DNA of 64,000 bases from Eukaryota sp. GEM-RC1. Its lineage: Eukaryota. The stretch lies in NCBI GenBank assembly GCA_040285855.1, contig JAUFOQ010000003.1:62001-126000 (forward strand), given 5' to 3'. Shown here one piece after another: positions 10,900-23,897 of the stretch (position 1 is its first letter; each line of letters begins with the position of its first letter). The translations under genes were made by a program, and so were the position numbers. Below the pieces are notes generated by a model. That model worked only from the letters and a program-made list of their open reading frames with translations. It had not been told where the DNA came from and did not search any database.

Positions 10900-11700
10900 T
10901 TTTGGATATGGGAAGAATTCTCATCTCATATTCTATCATTCTTTAATAAGTTCTTCATCTTGTGATAAACAGAATGAACCTTGTTCACCTTTATTCTTTG
11001 GCTACACTTGGTATTCTTAAGGATTTTTTTCTCCAAACATTGAAGTATTATCTTATCTTGATGATACTTACTTGCTTTTAAAAAATGAAGAATCTGCAGA
11101 AAATTTACTTGCGAAACTTTCTTTTAAAGTTCAAAATTTGGGATTAGTCTTAACCTTGTCTAAAACTAAGATCCTCGATGTTGATGATGATCTGCTAGTA
11201 GTTGGATTATTAGCAGGTTCAAAATAATTTGAAACTGAGTTTTTTGAAAACTATTTTTCGAATAAAGTTCATTGCTTCTTTTCAAACATCCAAGATCTAC
11301 GTCTTCAGTTTTTACTTTTTAGATACAGTATTAACTCTAGACTAATGTACTTTTGTAGAACTGTTCCTGCTGATAATTCCTTTTGGCACTTTCAATGGTC
11401 AAAAGATTTCACTGATTTTATTTTCGCAAAATTAGGTTCAGTACATGTTCCCGCGATAGCATATTTACCTTTTAAATTGGGTGGTCTTGATCTACATGAT
11501 TCAACTAAAACTTATCATTTTGGATTGAATCAAGACCAATCACTCTTGATGTGTTCTATTATACTTTTCTTGGTATTCTTCTTAAAGGACGACTTAGTTC
11601 ATTGCATACTGCTTTTGTACAAGATCCTTGCTGACTACTTGGTACCAGCTTCGTATCAGGACAAAGACTTTGACCTTATCCCCTGGTGAATGATGAATCT
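10900..11700 (+). mobile_element. CRE-like retrotransposon relic (RT 3' half)
   Basis: Remnants YLDD (TATCTTGATGAT), GLVLTLSKTKI, SRLMYFCRTVP and IAYLPFKLGGLDL (the LPxxxGGLG motif). Confidence 0.7.
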
Positions 11701-13223
11701 TGATACCAAAGAATTCTTGATACCTTGTTAATTCATCAGGTAAATAAAGTTCCATTCAAGTTACATGCCGGTCATCTTTTTGGTCGGGATTGGTGTGTAA
11801 ATCACAATCATTTACTGTTTGAAAACAATGAGTACACTGAGAATACTGTCACAAAATTTCAAAAATTTGCTTGTACATTCCAAATTACAAGTAAAAAAAG
11901 AACCTATTCACTGCCATGACACTCATCGTATTATAACTGAAGAGCTTTTTTTAATCTTTGGAACTTTAAATCTTCAAGATTGAGCTAGTTTTCTCAAAAA
12001 GATAATTTTAAGCAAAATCATTGTTAAAAAAGGAGCAGTGAGTATTTAACAGCTATTATGGAAAGGAGTCAAGTCACTTATTTAAAGGTGAATAGTTTTT
12101 ATACAGTGGTTTTGATTAATACAAGATGATTGGATCAGCCTTACTTAAAGTGAAAACAAACGGACAGATAAATTATTATTTATTATTAATGAATTGACTG
12201 TGAGAAATGAAATGAATAAAAGCATAGATAATCAAGAAAAAAGAGATTCTGAGTAGCAAGAATTACTTCAGCCACGGAACAGAATCACTAAATGACAAAT
12301 CTTTAAAAAACAATCTTTCAAAAGAAACGTGAAAGAAAAAACAAACAAAATATAGAACTCTTCCCGAAATTGAAATCTTTCGTACAGTAAAAGTTCAATT
12401 TTTAAGTGGAAACTACACATATAACCTAGACTAATTGTTTTTACCAAATTCCCAAAGTGATTCAAGTCGATGAGAATTTTTCAATTTGCAGAGCTCTGGA
12501 CAACCATGTTTTAGAAAAACCCAGTAATATTCAAAGATTAATTTAGATAGCGCTTAAAATATCTACATATAGGCTAGAATTCAAACTAGTCGTGGAGAAC
12601 CAATCCACTTCTTAAAGAAGCACGCGATTCTCAGTCAAAACTTGATTGGTGATCTTTTTTGATTGCTAGAAGAGGTCATGGCAGAGTAGAAACATGAGAG
12701 ATACCTTTGTGGAACCGATCTGTGATCCATTTGGGGAGAGAAGAAATGAATTACAGAGAGGAAAAAGACTATCAGAATGAGAGAGGATGAGCAACAAACG
12801 AGCAAAGAACATGAACATCCTGGGGATGGTTGGAGATTCAACAGGAAGCAAACCATGAGAACGGATGAAGAAAAGGCCTAACTTTTCGTTAATGGAAGAA
12901 CCCAATACATCCCCCTTCAATCCTCTGTAAATATGAGAGTGTATCTTAGGAATTGGCTCTTGTCTTCGCCTTTCCAGTCCAAACTGTGTTGGTAATGTGA
13001 CATTCTAAGCGTTGAAGCAAATCAAGAAGTTCTAATGGGAGGTCGTCCACTTCTCGTTCATTTCTAAGAAGAAGTCGGAGGGATGAAAATGTTGTGATGC
13101 ATTATCTGCAGTGTTGCTGGGTGCGACACTTTTCACTCTCGCACCCTTAAAATACAGTTGGGTGCGATGATGTGTCACCTATGAAATTCTAATATCTCAC
13201 AACCTTCAGTTCTTAGTCATACT

Positions 13224-13852
13224 CAGGGATGCGAAAAAATATATTGTTATTTTATTTATTGCAATAAATATTCACAATAAATTTATTGTTGGTCAAAACA
13301 ATAACAATATATTTATTGTGAGTCCCAGCAATAAACAATAATATTGTTTATTGTGACAATAATTTTCATCACTAAAATCATCCATCTGTTTGATGTTACA
13401 TGCAATTTTGCTTCCATTTGGGAGTAAGAAGATGTGTTGTGGGAGAAGTAGTCCTCTGAAGAGCTTTCACTTCAGGAAAAACAACCTAGACAAATGAGTA
13501 TAATATTTGTTTAAGTCAACTTGAAGACTGTTTGGCTTTTAAACTGCCGTAGGTCAACAAAGTCTAAACGGCAATCAAGAACTGATGACCGTAAGAGTGA
13601 GAAACATTCAGAAGAACTTTTTGCGTGGGACATACCAAGCAAGTCGAACGACTATTTAGTCGTGCTAACGTGACTACTGTAACCCTTCGCAAAAGACTAT
13701 ATACATCAAGTCTGGAAAAACAACTTTTTTTTGAAAAAAAACGGATTTATGTGCGGAGAAAAACACATAATAAGAAAACAACAAATAAATGAACACTATT
13801 AAAACAAATTATCAAGAATTTATTAAAATAAATATATTTTTTCGCATCCCTG
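13224..13852. mobile_element. hAT MITE nested inside the 13109-14652 element
   Basis: Perfect 22-bp TIR CAGGGATGCGAAAAAATATATT; perfect TSD GTCATACT (13216-13223, 13853-13860); CAATAA/TTATTG subterminal repeats. Confidence 0.93.
13734..13816 (-). repeat. Short interspersed repeat, probable retroelement 3' tip (second copy at 35857-35937)
   Basis: A(n)CGGATTTATGTGCGGAGAAAAACACATAATAAG...AACACTATTAAAACAAATTATCAA is shared with 35857-35937. Confidence 0.75.
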
Positions 13853-14816
13853 GTCATACTGTACTTTGTCATATCTATTTAATATTTATCACTGGATAGC
13901 ACTGAAGTATTTGACTTCTTTACAGTCGTTCGTCATCCAACCAGAAAAAGCTCAACAAAACACCACTCTCATGAAAAATACAAGTGTCGCTGCTGTAACC
14001 ACAACGTTACCAGATCCAGAAGTCGCTTAGTTTCGCATTATACTGGATCTACCTCCAATGTGAAACAGTGTCCACGGCCTCCTCCCTTGAAGATCAAAAG
14101 ACATTTGGAGGCAATAGAGCTTGAGCCGTGATGGAAAGCCAAAAGCCGTGATGGAAAAACACCGCCAAAAACTGGAACAACTGACCTCACAAGAGGGCTC
14201 TTTATTGCCTCATAATTCTCCCATCAAAAACCCCGAGGTTCCCAATAGTACTGATGGAGTTGAAGTTGTTACCATCCATGAAGAAAGACAAATTGATAGA
14301 TTAGGTTGTTTTATGGTTCAATACAGATTTTTACTGATGATGGATTACAGATTGGGCAACGTCATCATCAGACACCTGATCAGTGAGGGAATTGAAGAGA
14401 TACAACAAGGACGAAGTGTATGAAACAATGATAGCGATGTCTTTGACAAATACAGAAGTCCAATATAATTATCGTGGGCTGAGCTAAGCGTAATTGTTAC
14501 AGTAAGAGTGCAGCTATTGTCATTTTTGAACTACTATCGTAGTTATCTTGTAAGGCGAGGAGTTCTTCCAAAAAAAGATTGGGGAGGAGGCGATTCAAAG
14601 TCAAAAAAACCGCACCCCTCGCACCCGGGTGCGATCCGCACCAGCAACACTGATCATCTGTCTCACCCAACTTTGTTAGCGAATCATATCTCCTTTTGTT
14701 GTAGTCTATCATTTTGGTTGTAGTCTGCTCTATCAATAAACTTCATCGGATATCAATAGTTGCTTGAAAGTTCATGAATGATCGGACATTATTCTATTTC
14801 TACATGTACAACTAGT

Positions 14817-14947
14817 CATGTCCATACTTAGATATCACTCTTTTTGTTGAGTGATATTTGTGAGTGATTTTGGTGATTCACATGTATCACAAATGACTGA
14901 TTTGTGAGCGATAATTGTGATATTTGTGGGTGATATTTGTGATGCTT
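14817..14947. repeat. GTGAT-rich transposon-end-like repeat (related copy at ~42386-42510; weaker inverted one at ~22985-23040)
   Basis: GTGATTCACA(T/G)GTATCACAAA..GACTGATTTGTGAG(C/T)GAT.ATTGTG is shared with 42436-42483. Confidence 0.65.
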
Positions 14948-15289
14948 GAGGGGGTTGAAATATACAAAAAATGGTGATATATTGGAATTGAAGAATATGA
15001 TCGATCAATACAATGTATTTACTATCGTATGTGTGTTTTCGAACGATTTACTGTCATATAGAAACTATATAAATCTAATATGACGCAGGAGATACATTTA
15101 CATTCTGTCTTATTAGTCACATGGCCACAGTTATTTACTCCAAAACTGATACTAGACTTTAAGTTACTTTCTATTATTATTAAAGTCTGATATGCCAACA
15201 GCACTGGCTCTCCAATAAATAGTCTGATTATACTGTATAACCTCAAGCTTAACTATTAGTTGAACATGTAAAAAAAATTACAACGATCA

Positions 15290-15460
15290 ACATTGGTGAA
15301 ATGTATTGGAATTTACTGACAAGATAACCAAGGACCAATCAAATCACCACGATTTCTGTCAACTTGTTTCTGATCAGAAAGATTAGCAAGAAAAGGTTCA
15401 ATTGTTTCATGAAAACCGTTTGCTTTATACATATCCAAACATGTATCCCGGAAACTATTG
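15290..15460 (-). mobile_element. Short CRE-like RLE-domain fragment
   Basis: Clearly similar DNA to 9460-9600 (CTGACAAGATAACCAAGGACCAATCAAATCACCAC). Confidence 0.75.
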
Positions 15461-15599
15461 CATCCCAATACTACTACTAATATATAAATTGGTATTTTTT
15501 CATGGTATTTTAATGCTACAATTGATGTTTTTTAGACTTACTGTAGCACCAAATTGACAAGACTAGATGCTACTGAATAATATCGACAAATTTAGAATA

Positions 15600-17712
15600 G
15601 GTAAACACAGTCCCTTTTAACATCATTATAAATCTTGCGAAGTTCTTTCTTGTGTTTGGGTTCGATTTTACTGCTTTTTAGATGAATCATTTTTAATTGC
15701 GAGAATTGATTGACGTGTAGTACACGCAAAATGAGCAATATATTGATATAAGAGAAATGACAACTGTTGAGGTTAACGGAAGTCAATGACGTATTTGATT
15801 GAAATATATCACATAAAGTGGCTATTCATATGTCACTGAAAAGACATTTCTTAAGTTTGAGTTCTCTGATCTTATTATCCATCAAAAAGATGGTAAAATG
15901 CCCACAGCTTTATCAGAAAGTTCAGTGGTTTTAGATGGAGTAAACTCGAAAATTCCACTTTCCACATCAATACTGAAAATTATAGTGATGAATACTTTAG
16001 AAGTACGTTCAAGTCCAACGTCTAATTGACCACCACTAAGTAACTCATACAGAATCATGAGTCCGTCTAGATTGGTATTTCTTAATCCAGAACACTTTAC
16101 ATTTTTAATAGGGATATTGCTGTTGATAGCAGGTGAAAGTGGAACAAAACCTTCGGCCTTCACACATTGTTTAAGAGAGCCAGAAGAAACAGAAATTAAA
16201 TTTGAAAAATAATCCACAGAAATAACGGACTGATTCATGTGAAGGATTTCAAATAATGACGTCATCATGGATAGACCGCCCCTCCTTAATCCAGGACAAT
16301 CAACACGTGATATGGGAAGATTTGATTTTAAGGCCTTTAAAAGAGAAAATAAGTCGTCATGTGAAACCATGTTTTGGTAATCAATACGACCTGTAGAAAA
16401 GTCAATAAGATGAGGAGAATAATCAATCACAAATGATTCTAAATTGCAGAATAAATTAAATAAATTTTGAAATAGCACCATTAAACAGCCCAAATCTAGC
16501 GAATGAAATCTTACTTTTCGTATAACTGAATTACTTTCAAGTCTTGTGACAATATTTTTAAAATGTGATGAATTAAATACGAACCATGTAAACTGAAAAC
16601 AATCAAACTAGTATTTGACTGAAACATTTCAACTAACGATTGTACATCTATATCGTTGAAAGTAATATTGGATTTACAAATGATTAGTTCTATAAGGATA
16701 AATTAGTTTTTAGGACATAACAAATCTCTGAAAACAACTTGAGAGAACATTCACATACTTGTAATTTTTTCATATACACATTAGTTTGTAATAATTGTAC
16801 AAGATCTTTTGTGTGACAATCAACATTGTCCAAGATGAATTCTCGAAGTTGAGGATGAGTGTTTAAAGATTTAAAACTTTCAGAATTTAAAACCAGATTC
16901 GAAAACGAAAGAATCTGTATCTTACTGCTGGAAAGTGCTAAACATAAACGCATCAATTCCTCGGCATCTGGTGACAGACCTCGATTGGCTATTTTGACTG
17001 TATTCAAGGTGTTTGTATTTAAAAACACTTCTCCAAGAGCTTGGGCTTGTTCAACAGTCAACACAGTTGGTAAAATTTTAAATTCTTGAATAACACTGTT
17101 GATGAAAAACATTTTTAAATAATTGAAAGAAATTGTAGAATATACTCCCAAGTCGAGGCGTTTTACGTGAATTAAAGCAGAATAAGCGAGACAATCAGAT
17201 TCCTTGACATGTTTCCAAATCGGAAGGGACAATTCAGTTATGATTGGAATGGAATCTAATAAGTGATGAGCTGAAACTAACTGTTGCATTCTGTTTGAAA
17301 CAGATTTAATCTCTGCTCCAAAGAGGGAAGCTATATTAGACAGAAACGAAAGGTCTTTATAGACCAGTGGAAACGTGTTTGTTTGGAAAAACACCTTCAT
17401 TGCTTTGAAAGCTGAATCAAAGGAACATTGACTTACATAACCTACCTTTGCAAAGGAGGCAGGTAGGTTTTCCACTAAAAACTGAAAGGGAAGCCGTGGA
17501 TTAGACCGATTCATCTTAAAGGACTTCTCAAGAAGTCTTCTTAGTTTGTGTGATTGGACCAATACCATTGGATACTGTAAGAACACGAGAGAAACATCGT
17601 TTACACAAGAGAAGGAAGACAGACTACAACCATAGACTGGAGGAAGTGTGGAGATGAGAGAGATTGGAGAGTCTGAAGAGTTCTTTTTCCGAGGAGGTTC
17701 TGTATGTTCCAT
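15600..17712 (-). pseudogene. Leucine-rich-repeat (ribonuclease-inhibitor/NLRC3-like) gene, frameshifted
   Basis: ORFs 16690-17712 and 15882-16493 align by eye with the LRR gene at 27949-30484 (e.g. LxxNxSLxxL, SPHxID, FEILxxNxSVI). The frameshifts near 16695 and 16583 are also present in the duplicate copy. Confidence 0.7.
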
Positions 17713-20700
17713 GTAGATAAGAATTCTCAGTCTGGTTGTTCCGCCACCGAATCAACTTACATTATCTAGATTCATCTCCTACTTTAGCCACCTCAGTTCA
17801 TCAAAATAAGACATATCTATGATGCATAGAAGGTTAGAACATACTTCTACATTATAGTATAACTCTAACCAACTCTCTCTTGTTTAATTTTACAAATATT
17901 AAACATTTAATTTTGTAGACTTTAAAATTTTACTGCTTTCTTCTGACTGAGAGTGCCACGTAGATTGCTGAAAGATTCGAGTCAGACCCCAGTCCCAGAG
18001 TAGGTGTTAGGTTCTCTCTATGTGAGAAAGAGGCGAGTGTGAACGGCACTTAGATGATGGGGCTTTTATTATGAAAAAGTACTACAAAGAGCAATATAAA
18101 GGCAATTAAATCTACTGTAAATAAAACACATTTAACTACAGTGAAAGTAAGAAGACAAAAACAACTGCTACAATTGAAGCTAAGACCTGCATCAACAATA
18201 AAAAAGCACAGTTTTGTTGAAGAACAACAATTACAAGGACACATATTCTATTACAAAGGGGACGGTGACGGTGCATGAACCCTAAAGAAGAGTCTTGAAG
18301 AGTAAGAAATTGGAACAAATGGTGATGTCTCGATTTTAGTCATTTTGTATATCTATTTGTGAATTTGGGTTGTCTCTAGATCAAATACATGTTTGGGTTA
18401 GAATGTTATTGTCTGTATCAAGTGCTTTTTCGACTTGACGTATAGTAATAGAACTTGTTCTAAGTTTTGACGAACTCAAGACTGGTTGAAGATTTGGCTC
18501 CTCTACTTCTCGTTTGAATGTCAGAATAACCAAATGAAGAAAGTCTTGAATTTGGTCAAATCATCGAAGAAATCTGATTGTACACCAATATCCTCATTCC
18601 AGTTATAGCAGGCTACTACAATTCATCACTACACTTACATATTACATTGTACTGTGGTGATGAATTGGATCGACACCTCAAATTTAAATTTAACGTGTTT
18701 TTATAGGTGTTGCTTGAAAAATGTGGGAAGTATGAATTTTGAAAGTTTCAATTCAGAATGACTTCGTTAATGGAACATGTACAGTGCGGAGTTTGCAGGG
18801 AAATCCTAGTTGAACCATCTACACTGCCATGTGGTCATTCCTTTTGTCGAACAAGATGTCTAATACCATGGTTACACAGGACGTCATCATGTCCGATGTG
18901 TCGAGTCCCATTCCAACCAACAAGTTCCGTATCTGTGGATGTCTCGGTGGAACAGATGTGTTGTCTATTTCGAGGCACTCTCTGTAAAGTCTGTGATGGA
19001 ATTGCTGTATCGAAATGCTCATCATGTAGCCGTACCCTGTGTCGATCTTGTATGAATGTCCCTGAGCCAAGTGACACTTTGACAGAAGAAGGACAATTTG
19101 TAATTGATTCCATTTGTAACCAATGTGCTTCATGGCATCCTCTTGTTATTCTTGATCACATCAATGATCTATCTATCTCTTCTACGTCCACAATCGCGTC
19201 CAAAGATCTGATGAACTCAAATGCCTTCACAACCTTGATGTCAGTGGAAACTCTCAATCATCTTCATTGTCTCAGCGTGGACATTGCTAATCTATTAAAT
19301 ACTACAAGTTCACAGCTCATTTCAGCTGCTCAAAAGTCCACTCTCCGATCTCTTGTTCCGCAAATTGCTGACTCTCATACTGATCCCCGATCAGCCTTCC
19401 TTTCATCTCTTCAAAGTGGACTAACTCAACTGATCAGTTCAATAACATCATATACCACTAAAACTCAACTTGACCTTTCTGAGGCTCTTACTAACATCTC
19501 TTTTGACCAATACCACACTCCTTGTCTTTTGCGAAAACAGCTACACAAAGCTCTAATTTCCATGTATGGCAAACACGTCTTCTTCATTACTCCCAATGGA
19601 GAGTTGTATGGACTTTTTGACCCAATATCACGATACGTCCCCAACAGAGTCTCCTCCCCCATCAAGTTTTTAGATAATGCGAAGTTGGTGTCTTCATGTT
19701 GTTACTATGCTCTGGTTATAGACAAAAGTTGTGTCCTTTGGTTGTTAAAGAATAATACGAGAACGCAGCTGCTTGATGATGTATATTATTGTGTTACTGG
19801 GGATCATTACAGTTTTGTTATTTTTGTTATTTCTAATGCCAAGATTCTCTACTGTATGGCCTCTAAATCTGATAAGTTAGAGAAAGTTCTTGACGGTGTG
19901 GTGGATGTTGAAGCTTTTCAATTTGGCTGTCTACTGTTAACTACAAAACAAGAGCTTTTCCAGTATTCCCCCTGACAGTAAGAATCTCTCTCTAATTCTT
20001 TCTGATGTTGTTTCCTTCTTTGTTGGTGAAGACCATTGTGCTGCAATCACTGAAGACAGTTCTCTTTACTGCTGGGGTAGTAATACTTTTGGACAATTAG
20101 GAACTGAAGAATTTAGTCCACGTGATGAAGTAACAAAAGTACTGGACAATGTGGCTTATGTTTCCTTGGGTTTAGGTCATTCTATGGCAATCACTACTTC
20201 AAATGAGCTCTACTGTTGGGGTTGGAATCAAGGTGGGCAAGTAGGAAATGGCTCGACAATCAATCAATCAACTCCAATCAAAATCATGGATGACGTTTCC
20301 TTTTGTGATGCTGGTGCTGGTCATTCCATGGCAATTACTTTAGAAGGAAAACTCTTTTGTTGGGGTTACAATGACTATGGAGAAATAGGGTGTAAACGTT
20401 GGATCAATCACTATTCTGAGCTCAATCAATTAGAACCACTCTTTGTAATGGACAATGTCGATTGTTGCTACGCTGGTGATTGTGTAAGTCTTGCAGAGTC
20501 TGCTAATGGTGACGTTTACAAATTTGGACTTGAAATGATGGGTATTGATCTCTTTTCTTGTTCAACTCCTTACAAATGGTACTTTGCTGGAATTGACCGG
20601 TTTAAAGACTCTGCTAGTGTCATTTTGTCTTGAGTATTTAAACCATTCTTGTTTAACTGAATTTTAAAATTTCTGATTTGTCATTTGAAGTTTGATTTTC

Positions 20701-21120
20701 TAGAGTTCTACCAGTTTGGTTTTATTAAATGACCTTAAATGAAGGTGTCCAGTACTTGATGTTTATCTGATATGGTTCTGTTGATTTTTCAAAAAATTTA
20801 AATTTTTAAATCATTTATACTTGGTGACTACTCTTGATCATTCTGATAATAGTCCAAATTTTTGAATGTAACCCAATTTTTTGTTAGTTTTATCAATTAG
20901 TGATTCACTAGTAAAAACTACTGGTGATTCTAACATTGATACAATTAGTTTATGATGAAATCATGGTTGTTTATAAAGATGGTTTTTGTTTCATTAAGTT
21001 TTGATGGGTCAAAATGTATTGTACAAGATCGTTTGACAGAACTTCTATAATGTAGTTGATCTCAGTGATGATTAAGCAGTCATTTCTCTTCAAATAATAA
21101 TTGAAATATTAAATAAGGAT
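16180..21120. repeat. Left arm of a segmental inverted duplication (right arm 37354-41521)
   Basis: Continuous high reverse-complement similarity covering the LRR 5' part, the intergenic region, the RING-RCC1 gene and its 3' flank. Confidence 0.92.
18758..20633 (+). CDS. RING (C3HC4) - B-box-like - helical - RCC1-repeat E3 ligase-like protein, copy 1 (extra C in the C-run at ~19968-19972)
   Basis: CGVC...LPCGHSFC...C...CPMC RING; CKVC...CSSC...CRSC; RCC1 repeats (GxxHSMAIT..LYCWGxNxxGQ). Paralog of the intact 621-aa ORF at 37883-39748. Confidence 0.88.
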
Positions 21121-21399
21121 GCACAGTAATCTACGGTGTAAATCACAAGAACTAGGAGGATTATTGTTGAGAGTCTTTAGACTTTATTGTTTGTAATCTT
21201 TTCATTTCTTCGGATCGGGTTTTCAGCAGGCAAAACACTCCATTGAATTCACTCTCAGAAGACGGACGTGTGTTGTTGAACTGTTTGATTCATTCCAACC
21301 AAATTGTTCTGATCATTTGACTGTAAGTACCGAAATATTCATATTGTACATGTAGTATCGATAGATGTCTTATTTCGGTCGTATTCTTGAAACCATTCT

Positions 21400-22820
21400 A
21401 TGAATTTCCAGGGTCAGTTAAATCCTCATGCTCAAGATGCTCCTGACATTGATTTGAACAAAGTCAATGTTTCTGACGATGTCTACCAACAAGTCGATTT
21501 CATCCTTCAAGAGTATTCTACAGTTGACTCGTGTCCTGTTCCTGAGGCGTATGTTCTGTTACACCACTTATCACATCCGATCCTATGAAATGGACTTTCT
21601 TCTCCGTCTTGTGTTTGTTTTAGTTTCTATTGGATTTCCTTTTTGGGACGTTGACCACCATATCCAACTACTTGCTCATCGGTTTGGCCTCCAAATCTTC
21701 CTCTCTGCTGCTCACAATATGATCACAATATGTGCTAACAACGAGCGTCTACATAATAAGCCTTCTGTCTACTACCTTCCTCTCAAGAAGAACATTCCAG
21801 GTCCTTTCCAATTAGATATTATTGAAGACTACGGACGATTTTTATCACGATGTTTCTCTCACCATTGTTCTATACTAAACATGTACCGTGAGCTTGTGAT
21901 TCTGTTGACCACTCACCGTAGTCGTTCTATTGTTCTGTATCTAGTTAGTGGAGCGTTGTCTTCTGGTTCTTTTGTAGGATTATTGCCTGGAACAGGGTGG
22001 ATAGACGTAGTTGGAGCAAGTTTTGGAGGATTTGTTGTTCAATTTATACTGATTTTCTCCTCAAAACAGCGATTTCTCGGCAAATTTTTTAGTTATGCTG
22101 AGCTAATGATATCTTTCTCTGTTGCCTTGATTATTGTAATATTTAGTTATGTATTCCCAATCAACCTTGATAACGTGATAATTGCCAGTTTGGGTTGGTT
22201 CCTCCCTGGGATTACTCTTAGTATCTCTACAATGGAGTTATCCACAGGAAATACTGTTTTAGGCACAAATAGGTTCTTCACTGGGATTATAATCGCCTTC
22301 AGTTTGTCTTTTGGGACTACTTTTGCTGTCAACTTAATGGAACTTATATTTGGTTCACCAAATATAACTTTCAGAGATGGCTTTCCATCACTTTTCTCTC
22401 TGTTTTTGCACCCATATCAGCCTTCTTTTTGGACTATTGCTTAATATAAGTTTTCATTTGAGTTGGGTTCCTTTAATTGCTGGGGTTATTGGTTTTGGCG
22501 TAAATGAGTTCATGAGTGTCTTGATTGGAGACTTTTCTGTCGTCTTTTCATCATTTGCAATTGGTATTCTGGCCAATATTTTTGAGCGGATCACAAGGCT
22601 CCCCATGGTTTTATTCTCAGTCAATGGGATTCTATTGATTGTTCCTGGAAGTTTGGCTGTGCGAGGCTTTCTTAATCTTCATACAGGAAACTTTGATGAT
22701 TCTTTAGAGGCTGCGGTTAGAGTTCTGCTTATTGTCCTGCAGATATCGTTGGGAATACTGATTGCTGAAGTGTTGTTCAGACCGGTTTTCAAGAAAACTG
22801 AAGTTGATGTTGGATTGTGA
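21400..22820 (+). CDS. ThrE / PRM10-like threonine-serine exporter family membrane protein (frameshifted in assembly)
   Basis: LPGITLSISTMELSTGNTVLGTNRFF and ILLIVPGSLAVRG motifs with about 10 TM segments; breaks at T-runs near 22402 and 22426, and one near the 5' end. Confidence 0.8.
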
Positions 22821-23328
22821 TATGTTTAGATCTTTACTTGAGTCATAACGACGACGATAACAGTCAATCTTACTCTTAATAGTTTCTCTCAAGAGAAGTC
22901 GTCACAGTTTGATCTCTAATTGTTCTCTTGAGAATTAGGATTTATCACCAGTTGAATTGATGGATGATGCCGTTCTACCATGATCCTTTACCTGCTTGTG
23001 CGTGTGTGATCACGTGATACTTAGCTGGGATTTTGGACAAGAACCCATAACAACTCCTAGAAAAGTGTTTCCGGATTTCAAACCACTCTTTTAATCTAGT
23101 ACTGGAAGTTCTATTATGTTTAGATTTAATTGGACGTTGAAAATGATTTAGTTGTATTTCATTTTTTTTGACATGATTTAAAGTTGTTGATTTGTGGTGT
23201 CATTATTTACACCGGCATCAGTAATTGGTTTCACTACAAAATTAGTCTCAGTGAGACTACTTACTACTGCCGGTTAGTTTCAGCATTAAACACTCTTTCA
23301 ATGTAGATTAATTAGAATTTGTAATGTT

Positions 23329-23897
23329 CAGAGCATACTTGTAAAATACAGAAATCTTTATTTGACGTATTTTTGTATTTTTGTATTTTTCAAAAAGTGT
23401 GATTTAACATACAAACCGTAGTTTAGTTTATTTTTCCAAGATACATGACAAGTGCTTATTCAGCTCTTTTCACGTGTTTGTTTTACCCTTTGGTTCACAT
23501 TTTCCAGACTTTTGGTTAAGATTTACTTACGTTTATCAAACTCAATCTGTGAACAGATTTTGTTCATCAACCTCTCCATGGTGTAGAATCTTTCTTTGAA
23601 TTCATATAAACGATCCAGTACTTTCCGGAGTCCTCAAGGATGTTACCTTTTCACAAATAACATCAGAAAGAGGAAGTTATGCAGGACGCACAGTTAGGAC
23701 CGTAATCCATGTATTAGTGGAGATCTTGTGTTGGACATCGTTGTAACCACCGGCAGGAAATGGAAGTCAAACCAATCTTATACTGCACCGTTATCGTTGA
23801 GTACTCATTGAAAAGATTTACAGACTGATAGATATGTTAGTATTGTTGGTATTTTTGTATTTTTCAAATGAATACGTGTATTTTGCATGTATGGTTG
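23329..23897 (+). mobile_element. MITE with GTATTTT subterminal repeats
   Basis: Left end CAGAGCATACTTGTAAAATAC is imperfectly inverted at ~23878-23897; same family as 33046-33659; no TSD seen. Confidence 0.6.

Larger units (their letters stand above)
13109..14652 (+). mobile_element. Internally deleted hAT transposon retaining a BED zinc finger
   Basis: TIR CAGTGTTGCTGG (13109-13120 / 14641-14652); TSD ATTATCTG versus ATCATCTG; subterminal TCGCACCC/GGGTGCGA repeats. 13901-14085 encodes EVFDFF...KYKCRCCNHNVTRSRSRLVSHYTGSTSNVKQCP (BED finger). Confidence 0.85.

Noticed and set aside
12600..13100. HECT-like or other gene fragment on the minus strand
   Set aside because: Only a vague resemblance with multiple stops; cannot be supported.
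14121..14423. Chromodomain or LTR retrotransposon remnant
   Set aside because: Better explained as internal sequence of the hAT element defined by TIRs, TSD and BED finger.
19966..19975. CCC-TGA as a programmed +1 frameshift site
   Set aside because: The paralog has one fewer C and an open frame, so this is a mutation or a consensus error.
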